From Paraspadella gotoi (Eukaryota; Animalia; Chaetognatha), in the NCBI GenBank assembly GCA_051294375.1, contig CM119269.1, positions 7,226,080-7,290,079 on the forward strand: a DNA stretch of 64,000 nucleotides, given 5' to 3'. Position numbers and translations under genes: made by a program. Within the stretch, counting starts at the first letter, position 1. Every line of letters starts with the position of its first letter. Positions 11,562-25,650 of this stretch are shown here, in pieces. A model generated the notes under the pieces. That model saw nothing but the letters and a program-made list of their open reading frames with translations, did no database searches and was not told the origin of the DNA.

Positions 11562-14500
11562 AGAGAGAGTCAGAGACAGAAACAGAGACAGAGACAGAGA
11601 CAGAGAGAGAGTCAGAGACAGAGAAGGAGACCGAGAAAGAGAGAAGAGACAGAAGAGACGCAAAAAAAAATGGATATTGGAAAATACCAATTAAAAAAAA
11701 AAGTAAAAGAAGTAAAAGTAGAAAAAGTTAATTATCGAGAATCAGAAAGAAAAATTAAAGAAAAAGTTAAAATAAAAAAAAAATGGGAGAAAGAAAAAAA
11801 AGGTTGATTATAAAAAGTTGAGAGAGAATCGTATTTGCTCCTCGTTCCCGTCGTCTGTTCTTTTATTGATATTCCGTTATCGTCTCGGTTTGGAAAGAAT
11901 CGGCATAAATCGCTGTGGAAGGTCGCACAATGACTTTTTCTCTGACCGCGGTCGTCATAAAAACGTTCACCAACGACGCTTCGAGTCAGGATGTCCACTG
12001 GATAAAGTGCAGGTGGTCCTTGTCTTGTGGAAACTCTCCATTTGAGCCAATAAACGTTCGTCAGACACAGTACTGATATCAGAAGGACAACGAGCCCTCT
12101 GACGTTCAATGCCACTTTATGCCATCGCCGTGTTCTTCCTTAATTGCTATTCTTTTTGCATGTTCTTCCTAAATCACTGTCATGTTATCCTTTAATAATC
12201 AGGGCGTTATTCCTTTCTATTGATGTTTCCAATTTTTTTTTTAAATCTATCTTATGTTCTCCTACGTTCTTCCTCCATCGCTGCCATGTTCTCCTTCAAT
12301 CTTAACCATGTTCTTCCTTGATTCTTCTCACTTTGTTTCTCAATAGCTGTCGCGTTTACCTTTGATCCACGTTCTTCCTCGTTCCCTCTCACGTTCTCCT
12401 TTTGAATCTTTCCGATTTTTTTTTCTCGATCTTCCCATGTTCTCCTATCGTTTCCACGTTCTTCCTCGATCGCTCTCATGTTCTCCTTCCTCTACGTCGA
12501 TAAAAAGAGAAAATCGTCCCGCATCAACTATCGACTCTCGCCTCCTCCTCCTCCTCCTCCTCCTCCTCCTCCTCCTCCTATGGTCTCCCTCGCGCCTCGG
12601 TTATTTTATTGCCCTCAACCACCCTATTATCTGGTTTTTCCTCCACCGCCGCCGCCGCCGCCGCCGCCGCCGACGCCGCCCATTTCCGCAGCCGGCTTCA
12701 ATCGCCCATGACCAGAGACGAGCATCCGGAATCCTTCCACCTTCTGGATTCTTCTCGTCCCTTTCCCGCCGTCGCTAAACTTACCCTCCCTTCTTTTTAC
12801 CTTACCCATACCTCCACCGTTTTCAAAGATTTTAACTTTTTTTTCCTTTTTCCCCAAAATTCTTCCTAAGCATTGATCGAGAATCAAAACATTGTTTTAT
12901 CACATTATCAATCCTTTCATTCTTCATTCGTTTATCACATTATCACTCCTTTGTTTCTTCATTCCTTTTATCACTTCATCGGTCCCTCCTTTCTTCACTC
13001 CTTTATCACTTTATCACTACTTCCTTTCTTTATCATCACTTTATCATTAGGTATTTACACCAATAAAATATCCGACTTCAAACTCAATAATTCGTTGACC
13101 TTTTAATTTTTTTTATATACAACCGATCTATCACTAATTCTATCGATCATTCTGTATCTCTATCACTCAATCCATTGACTAATAGGTTTCATCACTCCAC
13201 TCGACTCCGCTTCATCCTTTCACCCTCCCGCCGACCCACCCACCACCCGGCCATATGGGCGTGGCCCTCGTCTTCGATCCACTTTAAAAGGGGGCGTGGC
13301 GAAGTATCGAACTTCGCTCGACGCCACCTCCGTCGAACGTCGGTGGAGGAAGGGTGTTTGTCATCAATGCCCGATGACAATGCCCGATGACAATTGCCCA
13401 CAAAAAGGACACCACTTTAGCCTTCATTGTCATCAATGACAATGAAATACCCATTTTANNNNNNNNNNNNNNNNNNNNNNNNNNNNNNNNNNNNNNNNNN
13501 NNNNNNNNNNNNNNNNNNNNNNNNNNNNNNNNNNNNNNNNNNNNNNNNNNNNNNNNNNNNNNNNNNNNNNNNNNNNNNNNNNNNNNNNNNNNNNNNNNNN
13601 NNNNNNNNNNNNNNNNNNNNNNNNNNNNNNNNNNNNNNNNNNNNNNNNNNNNNNNNNNNNNNNNNNNNNNNNNNNNNNNNNNNNNNNNNNNNNNNNNNNN
13701 NNNNNNNNNNNNNNNNNNNNNNNNNNNNNNNNNNNNNNNNNNNNNNNNNNNNNNNNNNNNNNNNNNNNNNNNNNNNNNNNNNNNNNNNNNNNNNNNNNNN
13801 NNNNNNNNNNNNNNNNNNNNNNNNNNNNNNNNNNNNNNNNNNNNNNNNNNNNNNNNNNNNNNNNNNNNNNNNNNNNNNNNNNNNNNNNNNNNNNNNNNNN
13901 NNNNNNNNNNNNNNNNNNNNNNNNNNNNNNNNNNNNNNNNNNNNNNNNNNNNNNNNNNNNNNNNNNNNNNNNNNNNNNNNNNNNNNNNNNNNNNNNNNNN
14001 NNNNNNNNNNNNNNNNNNNNNNNNNNNNNNNNNNNNNNNNNNNNGAAAGAGACAACGTTTTCTTTTTTTTTCTCAATATAACGAATGGCTATTTTAATTT
14101 TTCTAATTTAAAAATGCGGAGACACAATTTTCCCAGAAAAGAAAGGAAAGGAGAAAAGAAAAAAGAGAGGAGGAGGAAAAGAAAAAAGAAGAGGAAGGGT
14201 AGGAGTAGGAGGAGGAGGAAGCGAGAGACAAGAATCGGAAGAAGATGAAATTCGTGGAAAGAGATGAACTAAGAAAATGATAAACGACCCAAAGTAATAA
14301 GAAAAAGAGGCGTCCGTAAATCCTTGTCCCAAGTTTCGTTCCCCCGTATGTAAATGCCTTTCCTTTCTCTCCCGGATGAAATACTAAAAAGATGGGAGGT
14401 GGGATGGAGGAGAGAGATGGGAAAGGGAGGAGGGAGGAGGGAGGAGGGCGAACGCGAGACGTTTCGACGGGCGATTACGTTTAAGAAAAGTCAGTCAAAA

Positions 14501-14625
14501 AAACTAAAAATACATACATGGCTATGTATCTTCGATTTGAACGTTTGGTCATGCGTACTATCTAGAAAAAAACTATTGAAAAGTTCATTTATTCAATAAA
14601 AAATATACAAAACAAGGGTAAAACA

Positions 14626-14795
14626 TTAACAATATTTGGTATGCCATCCATTGGCATCAACTACTGCCTGAATTCGTCTGGGCATGCTCTCGTACAGCGA
14701 ATTGAGGTATGACTGTCAAAGGTTTTTCCACATCTTTAACGCAATTTTTTTCAGACCCGATGTTGATGTTACGCGTCTTCACTTCTTTTCTGAGA
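14626..14795 (-). mobile_element. Tc1-family (Tc1/mariner) transposase C-terminal relic
   Basis: Translation TSTSGLKKIALKMWKNL*QSYLNSLYESMPRRIQAVVDANGWHTKYC* matches the Tc1 terminal motif L..SMP.R..AVI.A.G..TKY. It contains an internal stop, and an AATAAA follows at about 14590 on the same strand. Confidence 0.85.
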
Positions 14796-16756
14796 GCTAT
14801 AATAACATTTTTTGAACCAAAAAGAGGTGCAATGCCTTTAGCATTTCCAAAAGTACGAGCCCGGTGCCCGCCTTTATTTTAGTTTAATTCATTATTACTT
14901 TTTGTGATACTTAAATTGCGACAATTTATGGAACATACAGTTTGTCCCAAAACCTTATTACTCCTATACCATATCGAAATGGAAATCATGAAATAATGAC
15001 CATTTTATAGGATACCTATATTTTAAAAATTTAACAAAGCAAACTCATGTAGTTATCACATAAAGCAATTGATAAAAAAATTTCATTAAATTATATATTT
15101 TTTAATATCTTGTAGTCGGGCATTGACTAAGTTTACCCCCGCCTATAAGCCTATAAGCTCAATGAGTAAAGCCAGCAGCTCATGACCATTGACCACTATG
15201 ACACTGTATGTACCTATTCTCGGCAAAGATGTGCGATCCCGCAGCGTTCGATGCTTCGCCTGGAAATCCTGCGCTTTTTTGTGCAACATTTTCCTTGGTG
15301 ACTTTTTTCTCTCCTCTTTTATTTTAATGAATTCTGAATCTGGGACGGAGCGATTTCCCCCTTTCCTTATCTTTCTATCCCTTTAATTTTTTTTTCCTAT
15401 CTGTTTTTTTTTTTATTTCCTGCCGAAACCGTTTCTTGTTCTTCTCTTTTCTATTTTTTGTATCCTCTCTTTTCCTTCTTTTATATTTCTTTCCTATCTT
15501 TCCGAACTTTTCCGTTTATTTCTCTTTCCCAATGTTTCCTTTTACTTTTTCTCACTTTCCTTACCGTTTCTTTCCCTACCTTTTCTTTAGATTTTCTCAA
15601 TTTACTCAACATTCTTCTCTTAATTTCTTTCCTATTCTCTCTCTTTCGATGACTCCCTCTCCCATTCTTTCTCTGATGAAGACCAAACTCCGTCAACTCG
15701 TCAACTCGTTTTAACTCTTTTCGTTTACATTAACTCTCTCTCTCTCTCTCTCCTCTTCTCTCTCTCTCTCTCTCCTGGACTCTCTCTTCTTTCCTTCTCT
15801 CCCTAGCTTAGCTGCGGTTGTTTGCTCCCTCGTGTAGATGAAAGGAGGGGCCGCGTGGTAATTGACATATACTGGACGAATGAGAGAGAGAGAGCACTTA
15901 ACTCTCCCTCCACCGAAGCGTGACACGTTCGCATCTCTCGAGAGAGAGAGAGAGATACGAGAAGAGAGAGAGAGAAGAAGAAAAGCGAAGACCCAGAGTT
16001 ACTGGTCCCAAACCAACACTGGGTGCGACCTGTGGTCCACGTTTTCCGGAAAGGCCAAGCAAAGTAAACTTCTCCATTATGCATGAATCGCCAAAGCTGA
16101 CAAGCAGAGAAGAAGCTCTGTGTTTATTACTTCTAGACAGAATAATCGGTATAATAAAAATTCCATGTGAGGATCCTAACATAAACTTTTCATCTCCCGC
16201 GGCAATTCAGTAACCCACTGAAGAATACCAATTTCCGTATTGAGGCACAAATAAAAATATTTTCAAGTACCGCCTTCCAGAATTGCTAAAAAAAAAAAAT
16301 CTAATTGAAACATGACTCTACTTCCTCAGTGCAAAAAAAAAGCTTTCCAGAACTGCGAGCTTCTCCCCACCCCAAACCTTAGAAGCAAAACAAAAGCGAA
16401 ATCGCTCAAAAAACACAAAAAAGAACAAAAACAAAAACAAAAAAACTCAGCCAAAAAGCGACTGAGGAATCTGGAACCGGAAAAGCGACGTTGCATCCGC
16501 GAGCAGACCTATCTTGTAAAATGGTTGTATCGGTAAAAAATTATGAGGCCGTCGTACGTAAGTGAGATCTTTTCGCCAGGAGTGAGACCCTGAAAGCAAG
16601 TTTCGGAGAGCACATCGGTCTCGCCCTCCTCCTAAGANNNNNNNNNNNNNNNNNNNNNNNNNCAAAGCTTGCGAGAAAAATAAATGCATTAATAGAAGAG
16701 ATTACTTTGCTGCCTTCGAAGGGCAAACTGACCAAATTTCTCACCAAAGTTGTTTC

Positions 16757-16808
<52 letters not shown>

Positions 16809-16948
16809 CTCTCCTCATCTCTTCTCTCTATCTCGTACCTCAGTTCATATGTCATATACACGCCGAGCCCCTCCTTTCCATCTAACCGACGAGAAAAAAA
16901 CCGCACTAGTCTCGGGGAGAGAAGGAAAGAAGAGAGAGTAGAGAGAGC

Positions 16949-16983
<35 letters not shown>

Positions 16984-19822
16984 CCAATTTCAAAATCCTC
17001 AAGAATTAAACTTTCAGGGAGAGAGCGAGGCACGAGTCACAACACAGAAGATAACGATTTCTTCTTCAAAAGGAATCGCGGTTTTTTTTTTCTCTTTTGC
17101 CTCCTTAGAATGAGGAAAATCTTGCGGTCGCGGACCCGAAACTTGGCGAACAAAAGACGCGGGAAACGGAAGAAAGATGTCGTTGCCCTTATTTTCTCTT
17201 CTTTTTTTTTTTTTTTAATGCGACTAACTTAATCGCAAAACCACAGCGAGCGCTCGCTTCATCGATTCTCTCTCTCTCGAGTTCCCGATTTTTTTCTTTG
17301 TAAGAGTTTTTCTCTTTTTAAGATAAATCGATGAATGTCGAGTTTAGCCTAAACATCCTTAAAGGATTTGGATTAGTTGACATTTTTATATACTATATTA
17401 AATCGCAGGAGAAATAACAGAACAGAGGAAGGAAACTCGAAATCAAAGAAAGGGATTGAATATTGAATTTAATTCATATTGAATATTAAGTCAATGAAGG
17501 AAAATATTAATAAAATTCATAAAATATTCAAAAAAATTATAAAATAAAGACTACTATCAAACTTAACATTCAATTAAGAGAAACTAGACTAAAGGTCGTT
17601 ATCAAAATGTTATCGACTTCCCTAATCGACCTGAACTCATCATAGATTCGAATCAACTAATTCCCTCAGTTATAATTTGCGATAATGTTTTGTTTTTAAA
17701 AACTTTCTTCGTCAGTTACGAGATGTCGCTCTATTAATTAATTGTACAATTTCGCGTCGATCCAGTCCGCTTTTTCGTTTTACTGACTTTCTTCACTTTC
17801 CTTTTTCATTACTTTTTACGTTATTATTTTGTTTTGACGCGAGCGCCCTCTTCTCGTTATTCATTCTCCCAAAAAAGGAAGAAAAGATCCCGCTGCACTT
17901 TTGTCAGTAATTTCGCGACGAAGAATCGATAAACTACATCCATTGTAATTTATTCTTCTATTTTTTTTTCTTCCAGAGAATTCCGATTAACTTTGAAAGT
18001 CTTTTCGGTCTTCGTCGACATCGTCGTTCTCGCGTTTTGCGATAAAATTAATTTCCGTCACTTAAATGATTGATTTCGAGGAGCCAACTTTACTCGTCGT
18101 CGTCGTCGTCGTCGTTTCCGTTCCTCGTCTTCCTCCTCCTCCTCTTTCTCTCACTTTCCTCCAATAATCTCCTTTTCCTTTCCTCCTTTTCCTTTTTTAC
18201 CCTTTCACTTTAGTCTTTTACATATTTTTCTTTCTCACTCTTTATTTTCTCGTTCCTAAACCTTTTATTTTCCTTTTCCTTCCCTTTTTTCTTTTTTTTT
18301 CCTCTTCACTAGAATTTCTGTTTANNNNNNNNNNNNNNNNNNNNNNNNNNNNNNNNNNNNNNNNNNNNNNNNNNNNNNNNNNNNNNNNNNNNNNNNNNNN
18401 NNNNNNNNNNNNNNNNNNNNNNNNNNNNNNNNNNNNNNNNNNNNNNNNNNNNNNNNNNNNNNNNNNNNNNNNNNNNNNNNNNNNNNNNNNNNNNNNNNNN
18501 NNNNNNNNNNNNNNNNNNNNNNNNNNNNNNNNNNNNNNNNNNNNNNNNNNNNNNNNNNNNNNNNNNNNNNNNNNNNNNNNNNNNNNNNNNNNNNNNNNNN
18601 NNNNNNNNNNNNNNNNNNNNNNNNNNNNNNNNNNNNNNNNNNNNNNNNNNNNNNNNNNNNNNNNNNNNNNNNNNNNNNNNNNNNNNNNNNNNNNNNNNNN
18701 NNNNNNNNNNNNNNNNNNNNNNNNNNNNNNNNNNNNNNNNNNNNNNNNNNNNNNNNNNNNNNNNNNNNNNNNNNNNNNNNNNNNNNNNNNNNNNNNNNNN
18801 NNNNNNNNNNNNNNNNNNNNNNNNNNNNNNNNNNNNNNNNNNNNNNNNNNNNNNNNNNNNNNNNNNNNNNNNNNNNNNNNNNNNNNNNNNNNNNNNNAAA
18901 AAAAAAGAAAAAAATTTCTCTCGCGTTTGTGAATATTTGCCGCAAACAAGGAGCCTATTGAAAAACGCGCTGAACCGTCCAACTGTGCATTGATCCAAGT
19001 GTGCAATGATCCAATTCACAGTCTCTTATCATATCATCGACAACCGCTGATGGACTATTACAATTCACAACAACGAGACTTTGGTATTTTTCTTCGATTT
19101 TAAGGAAAGCGATTTTCTCCAAAAAAAGAATATTCCATTTATCGCGCTATTCTGTCTATCTGTCTCAATGTCTGTCTATCTGTCGGTACTTGAATATTAT
19201 ATGAAATAATGTAAGATTAAAAAGCAAAATTTGTTACGAAAAGAGGTACTATTGTCTAAATCACATTTTTTAAAGCTATCAACGAGAAAAAGAGAAAAAG
19301 GAGGAAGACGAATTAAAAAACAGAGCCGTCACTTCACCCTTCGTGTTTAGTCGGAGAATGGATCTCAATTTCCTTGTGATTGAAGTGCGTTTTTATTTGC
19401 GGTTAAGGCGCAAAGTGTGTTGGGGACTCCTCTCAGTAATTCCGTATCTTCTCAGCCTCCTCGGCAGCGAAAGAACAGTTCCTTCGCTCAGAAACAGGCT
19501 CGAGGGTTTTATACGGGTCTTCCGTCCTGACACTTTCCGTAGGGAAGGTATCACTGATTCCCTGGAGGAGCGATCTCGGTACCTAATGACCATTTGCCTC
19601 AGGTATTACTCCATGAGCCACCGGGTCACAACCGAAAGATTTACGTTCATAGGCGGAGAAAACTTGAACAAACCGCCGACCCCCTCGTGCTCCTATTTTT
19701 TTAAAAAACTTTTTTCCCCTTTTCGTTTCCCTCAGGATTTATCATTCCACTTTTTTTTCCGGAGACGCGGATATATTTTCCGCCGTTAGTTTTTTTTTTT
19801 TTTTGCCTGACCGAGGTTTCTC

Positions 19823-20130
19823 GGCCACTTAGAGGTTCCGAGGCCACTTAGAGGTTTCAAGCGAACAAATTAGTTTCGTTCATTTCTTAAAAAATAAACG
19901 TTTTTTTCCCCCGTTATTTTTTTTAAGGTGGACGTTGGATGAGTAGGGTGCCGGGGTTGCCATGGTAACGCGTCTCCGCTCCCATTTGCATTAGTTAATA
20001 AATGTCGATGTTTAAAAATAAAATACTAATTAGCGTCCTCGCGCTTCGATGTTATTGTAAATGATTAATTAGTTGCATCGCGCTAATGCTGAATGAATAT
20101 CGAGGGCATAATTGATGGCGCTAATTATAT
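19823..20130. promoter_or_regulatory. Candidate enhancer: RFX X-box, POU octamer, NK2-like and homeodomain sites
   Basis: GTTGCCATGGTAAC at 19956-19969, ATTTGCAT at 19984-19991, duplicated ggCCACTTAgaggtt at 19823 and 19842, and several TAATTA/TAATTG sites at 20027-20127. Confidence 0.45.
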
Positions 20131-20321
20131 GAGAAAAAAATCAATATTATAAGAGACCGAGAATATTTGTTCGATTTGTCATGTTTTCATATAATTTCTA
20201 CTATCGTTTACTTCCCACCTTTTTTCATTAATCCCAAATAAGAATGCTTCTTTCTTTTAATCAAAAATATAATACTGCTTAATGTGAATTTGTAGTCGAA
20301 TGACTTTAGAAAAGAGATCCT

Positions 20322-20404
<83 letters not shown>

Positions 20405-21211
20405 CTACCCCATCTCAGAGGAGTTTCTAATTTTCCTTTCATAAACATCGCATAATTATCTCTTTCTTCAGAGGTCGCGCCCAGGGGGTAATGACCGGCG
20501 TTGCCATCTTCATGGGCGGGGGCTGAAAAAGGAGGGGCGTTTCAGAAGGGGAGGGATCGATTAAGGGGAGTGCTCCCCCCCGAGGGGAAGCGGTAACCCC
20601 ATCGATCCGTCCATAATTCTTCCATTCGCCATCGGCGTCGCCCCGGGTCAGAATCGCGCGCCATAGATAAACTTTGGACGCATAAAAAAAATGAATCCAT
20701 TGACGGGATCTAGCGATTCTTACGTCTTCGCCATAAATCTCATCGTTTATGCATAAAAATCCATAAGGAAATAGAAGAGAGAGAGAGAGCCGAGAGAGAC
20801 GACGAGAAGAGCAGAGATGAGAGAGAGAGAGAGAGAGAGAGAGACGAGAGAGAGAGTGGTTACCCATTTAGGTTTCCCATTTTCCCGCCCGAAAAGGTGT
20901 CTAGATGCGACCGCGTTCTCTCACCGTTTCGCCTTAATTATTCCCCACTTTTACTAAAAACAACTATTGGTTGACTTTTACATTTAAGTTTTCCTTCTTC
21001 ATCTCTTTCCCCTTTACCCTATTATCCCAACTGTTTCATTTTTTTTCCTTTCACCCCATCCTCCTTAAGCCCTCTCACCTCCCCTGCCCCATCATCCCAT
21101 CCCCCTCTGGCCCGTTTGCCCCTGCGCCCTGACCCCATGGGATTTCCTCTCCGATCTCCTTCGCTCCATTTTTCGGGATTTCTTTCAAGTTTCCTTCAGG
21201 CCTTTAAAACT

Positions 21212-21725
21212 TTCTTGGGCCTTCTGTTGGCCTTTCCTTGTATCCAAACTCTGATCTTTGTGCTCTTTCATGATCTTCCTTTCTTGGGCCTTCTGTTGGC
21301 CTTTCCTTGTATCCAAAGTCCAAACTCTGATCTTTGTGCTCTTTCATGAGCTTCCTTTCTTAGGCCTTCTGTAGGCCTTTAGTCCTTGTATCCAAACTCT
21401 GATGCCTTTTGCCTCTTTCATGATGCTTCGCTATGCTGGGCCTTCCTGTGGCGCTTTCCTTTGTATCCCAATTCTGATCTTTGTGCTCTTTCATGATCTT
21501 CCTTTCTTGGGCCTTCTGATGGCCTTTCCTTGTGTCCAAACTCTGATCTTTGTGCTCTTTCCTTATCTTCCTTTCTTGGGCCTTCTGTTGGCCTTTCCTC
21601 GTGTCCAAATTTTAATATTTGTGCTCTTTCATGCTCTTTATTTCTTGGGCCTTCTGTTGGCCTTTCTTCGTGTCCATTTTCAATATTTGTTTGTGCTCTT
21701 CCAATATCTCTTTCTCGGGCCCAAC
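21212..21725. repeat. 69-bp minisatellite x~7.5
   Basis: Unit ttcttgggccttctgttggcctttccttgtatccaaactctgatctttgtgctctttcatgatcttcct, starting at about 21212, 21281, 21357, 21434, 21504, 21573, 21642 and 21711. Confidence 0.9.
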
Positions 21726-22023
21726 AAGAGATCTTTTCAGCTACCGGCATTACTTGGATTACCTTTGGACCAATTAAATGAACGCAACCGTGTGCTTTCC
21801 TTAACACATTGACATAACTCAATCATTTTTTTTTTTCAAACGCAACGTCAAGATTTCGGCCCTCAACGCGTCGCGTCCCACTTTGCCTTACCTCTTTTCC
21901 CGCGTCCACTCTTCCCCTTGCACTTACCTTTTTTGACTCACCCCAACTCTCGTCCTGGTTTCTCATAAGTGGCGCCTCCGGGAATCAACGACGACGACGA
22001 CGAAGACAACGGCAATAACAATC

Positions 22024-22054
<31 letters not shown>

Positions 22055-22985
22055 TGAGGACGACGACTTCGGAGTCATCAACTTTTATTAGGAACGTCAT
22101 CGTCTCTGCTTTAAGTGCCAAAAGCCTCAGCCTCTTCCGGGAAAAAGGCGCCCCTTTTTTTTCTACGCCCTTTTTTTCCTTTAACCATTTTCCTCCCCTT
22201 TTCTTTCTCCCTACGTGACGCCCCCTATTCTACCCTAAATTACTGAATTTTTTCACCCGGATTTTTTTTTTCTCATTTTTTGGCCTTTTTTTTTGACGTT
22301 TTCTTCTTTTTAACTTGTTTTTGTATCTCCGTTTTAATCTCCTACTCTCTACTTATCCCCACTTCTTTCCCCATTTTCCAAATTTCTTTCCCTTTCACCT
22401 TTTTTTTTCTATCGGATCTAAAGTCGTCCCATATCTTTTGTTTTTTTTATATTGAGATGAAAAGAAGCGACATCTTTTGAGCTTTTTCCGATATTCATCG
22501 TCTGGTTTATAATTCGCATTACATTTTTTTTCCGCTTCAATATTTTCTGTTTTTGTCCCTTACTTTTTCTTTTCTTTATTTTTTTTCTTTCACGGCCCCT
22601 TTTATTTTTTTCCTTTTTTCCTTTTTTTCCTTTTTTTCTTTTCTTTCCTTTTCCTTTCTATTTATCACTTCCGACTCCCGCTGCTCTCCTGTTACCATAA
22701 ATAACGAGTTGACGTTGAAAAAAAAAAGTAAGGCGCTATCTCCATCTCGGTCACCTCACCCTTTTACTCACCCTTTCCTTCCCGCGCGAAGTTGTCACTC
22801 TTATCCCCCCCCTTCTCGTTCGGCTCAGCCTCACCACATTTCCCAGCAGCTTACCCCCTTGGCACCCATTTCCCTGGGGCACCACCTCTTCGCGGACAAA
22901 CTCTAATGGGTTTGCTCGGCGCTCGTTCTCTCTCTCTCTCTCTCTCTCTTTCTTCCTCTCTCTCTCTCTCCTCTCTCTCTCTCCG

Positions 22986-23134
<149 letters not shown>

Positions 23135-25650
23135 CCTCTCTCTCTCTCTCTTCACCGCCCAACACGGGCGCCTCCCATCGCCTCGCGCGTCATTGGCGTC
23201 GTCACTTCCGGTTCAGTCGGCGCTCGCCATCTATCGGCAGATTCTCGCCTTCCTTCCAAGGATGCTATTCTTAAACCAACTTTTTCAATTTTTCAGTATT
23301 TAAAAAATGTAAAAAAAAGAAAAAAATAAATGTTTATTAAAAAAAACGCACTAAACAAAAATTTACTAATTTCCAGAACAATTTTTCCTGAGAACAACAA
23401 AAACAAGGAAATAAACAACGACCATCGCAAAACAAAAAAGGATTGGTGAAATTTGTTTTTTCTTTTAGAAAACCCCGACATTGATCCTTCCTCTTTCTTT
23501 CTTTTTTAATTCTTCAATTTCTTAACGTTCTATTCTTGTTCATACTTTGTTTTCCTTTTTTTTTTATTCATTTATCCTTCGAGGTTTCTGTTTCTTTTCT
23601 GTCTTAATCCTTGACTTTCTCTTTTATTAATGCGTTTATCATTTCTCTTGTCTTTTTCCTTTTCTTACTCCTTTGATTCTCCTTCTTCTTCTTCTTCTTC
23701 TTCCGATTCTCCATCTTTTTTCTATATTTTTGACGCATATATTTTACTTTTTTTTTTATTTGGTTTATACTTTTCTTTAATTTTTTATTTTTTGTTTTCT
23801 AATTTCCTTTTCTGTTTCTACTTTCTTAGCCTTTTTTACAATGATGTAATTCAATTACGGAAAGATAAATACATATTATCCCTTACCTTTTAATCTAATT
23901 TGATGAAAGAGAAATGTCAAAGCTTCAACAAATGGAATATTCATTATTTAATCACCCGAAGGCTGGAATCAATGACAAATGAAAACAACGTTACGTAATA
24001 TTAATTACCATCGTTTTATTGCATAAAGAACAAAATATTAATAACTCAAATATTTTGGTCATGCCTAATTTTAAATTCATGTCGAACTATGAAGTACGGA
24101 TTCACCATTTTAAATCCAAATTTATACACTAATACCCGTTTCTATTTTTAGATTAGTTTTAGATGTAATATTTAGCGGAGAATCTAGTTATAACAAAATG
24201 ACAAACGTCGGCCTTCAACTTGGCGGATATCGCCCCCCCTCTTTTCCTCTTCCCGCCAAAGTAGTTCTCTCCTTTTCTAAAACTGAAGGTTCACCTTAAT
24301 TCTTACGAATGACGACAAATTTTTCTCAATTTTCCGCTTAAAAGCTTCGGAGCCGAAGGTGGTTGTAAATGAAGTGGGGGCTGTGGTGGAGAGACTGGGG
24401 AGTGGAGGGGTCGATAGAGGTTTTTTGGATTGGGTTTAGTGGTTTGTGGGTAATAGAGAATGATTGAAAAAAGAGTTGGGTGGGCAAGGAGAAAAGTAAG
24501 GAATGGATATGGCGAGCAGCGATGAATACGGGTAGATGGTTATTGGTTAATTGGTTCTAGGGTTGACGGATGGTTATTGGTTAATGAGGCGAAGGGCGAT
24601 TGGTTAATTTCGGGTGGAGGGTGGTTAAAAGATCGAGGTCCATTCTTAGAAGTTTGGTGAATCGAGCCTCGATCGGTTCCAGTTTATTTCGGGACGAAAA
24701 TGGGAAATGATGGCTTAGAGAATCTGAGAGATGGTTTTAGCTTTTAATGGGAACCGAGAGTCAAAAGTGGAACCGATGGGAAGTGAACGTGGGAGATTGT
24801 GAATGTTTGATGGGAAATGAAAATGGGAGAGGAGAGCGAGAGAGAGAGAGTTTTTAATTCTAAATTTAGAGTTTTATATTTAAATTAAACATTGAATCGA
24901 AGTTAATTTTATTAAAAAAATGTAAAAATTTCCATTTAACCTAAGGCTAAGAAAATTTATATTCAAAAGCGGTTAAGTTGAAATACTAAGATGAAAGACC
25001 AGGGCTCAAGAATATGGTTATGAAAGATGAAACAGAAGAGGATGAGCGGAACAGCGACAGAGAGAGCGTTGAATCAGGCGGCAAAGATCAAAGGGTCAGG
25101 AGTCGCGTTATACAAATTTGATGAGATTCTTTTTTTGGCGGCGAAAGATTTTCGGTGCCATTTTGATCAGAAGGTTTTCCTCGTATTAAACTTTAAAGTC
25201 GTTGTTGTATATTTATGTTTGAGAAGTGGATTATTTAAAACAAACATTGAATGATGTGTTAAGTTTTCCATAGCTCGATAAAATTATGCATTAAAAAATA
25301 CTAAGAAGAAAAAACTATAAATACTATTTTAAAATTTAAAAGCTTTCTTTCATTTTTTTTTTAGAATTCAGAAGATAAAAATGAATGCGAGACGAAAATC
25401 TCACTGTTCACTATCGAAGAAAAGCGATTTCACGAACTTTTTTCAATTTGGATGTGAAATCTTTAAACCGCGACGATAACGCGTGACGACCGAAACATCA
25501 CCAGCGACGAAACAGCGACATCTACGGACAAAACAGCAATCTCTAAAAACAACAATAAAACAGCGAATACCAAAGAAAAAAAAACAACTTATTTGTAAAA
25601 TGACAATAAAGGGATTTTTTTTCATCTTTGATTTCGCGCGATAAAGAAAA

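Noticed and set aside
13387-14248. Long ORFs running through N gaps (also at 881, 7618, 18242, 54105, 55072 and 58793)
   Set aside because: Their length comes from N runs translated as X.
15673-15710. Second CTGATGA motif as a hammerhead ribozyme
   Set aside because: There is no stem II closed by a GAAA box downstream.
21212-21812. 69-bp (23-codon) repeat as a coding repeat (FLGLLLAFPCIQTLIFVLFHDLP or its antisense)
   Set aside because: The second unit has a 7-bp insertion and later units shift frame. There are no convincing splice sites.
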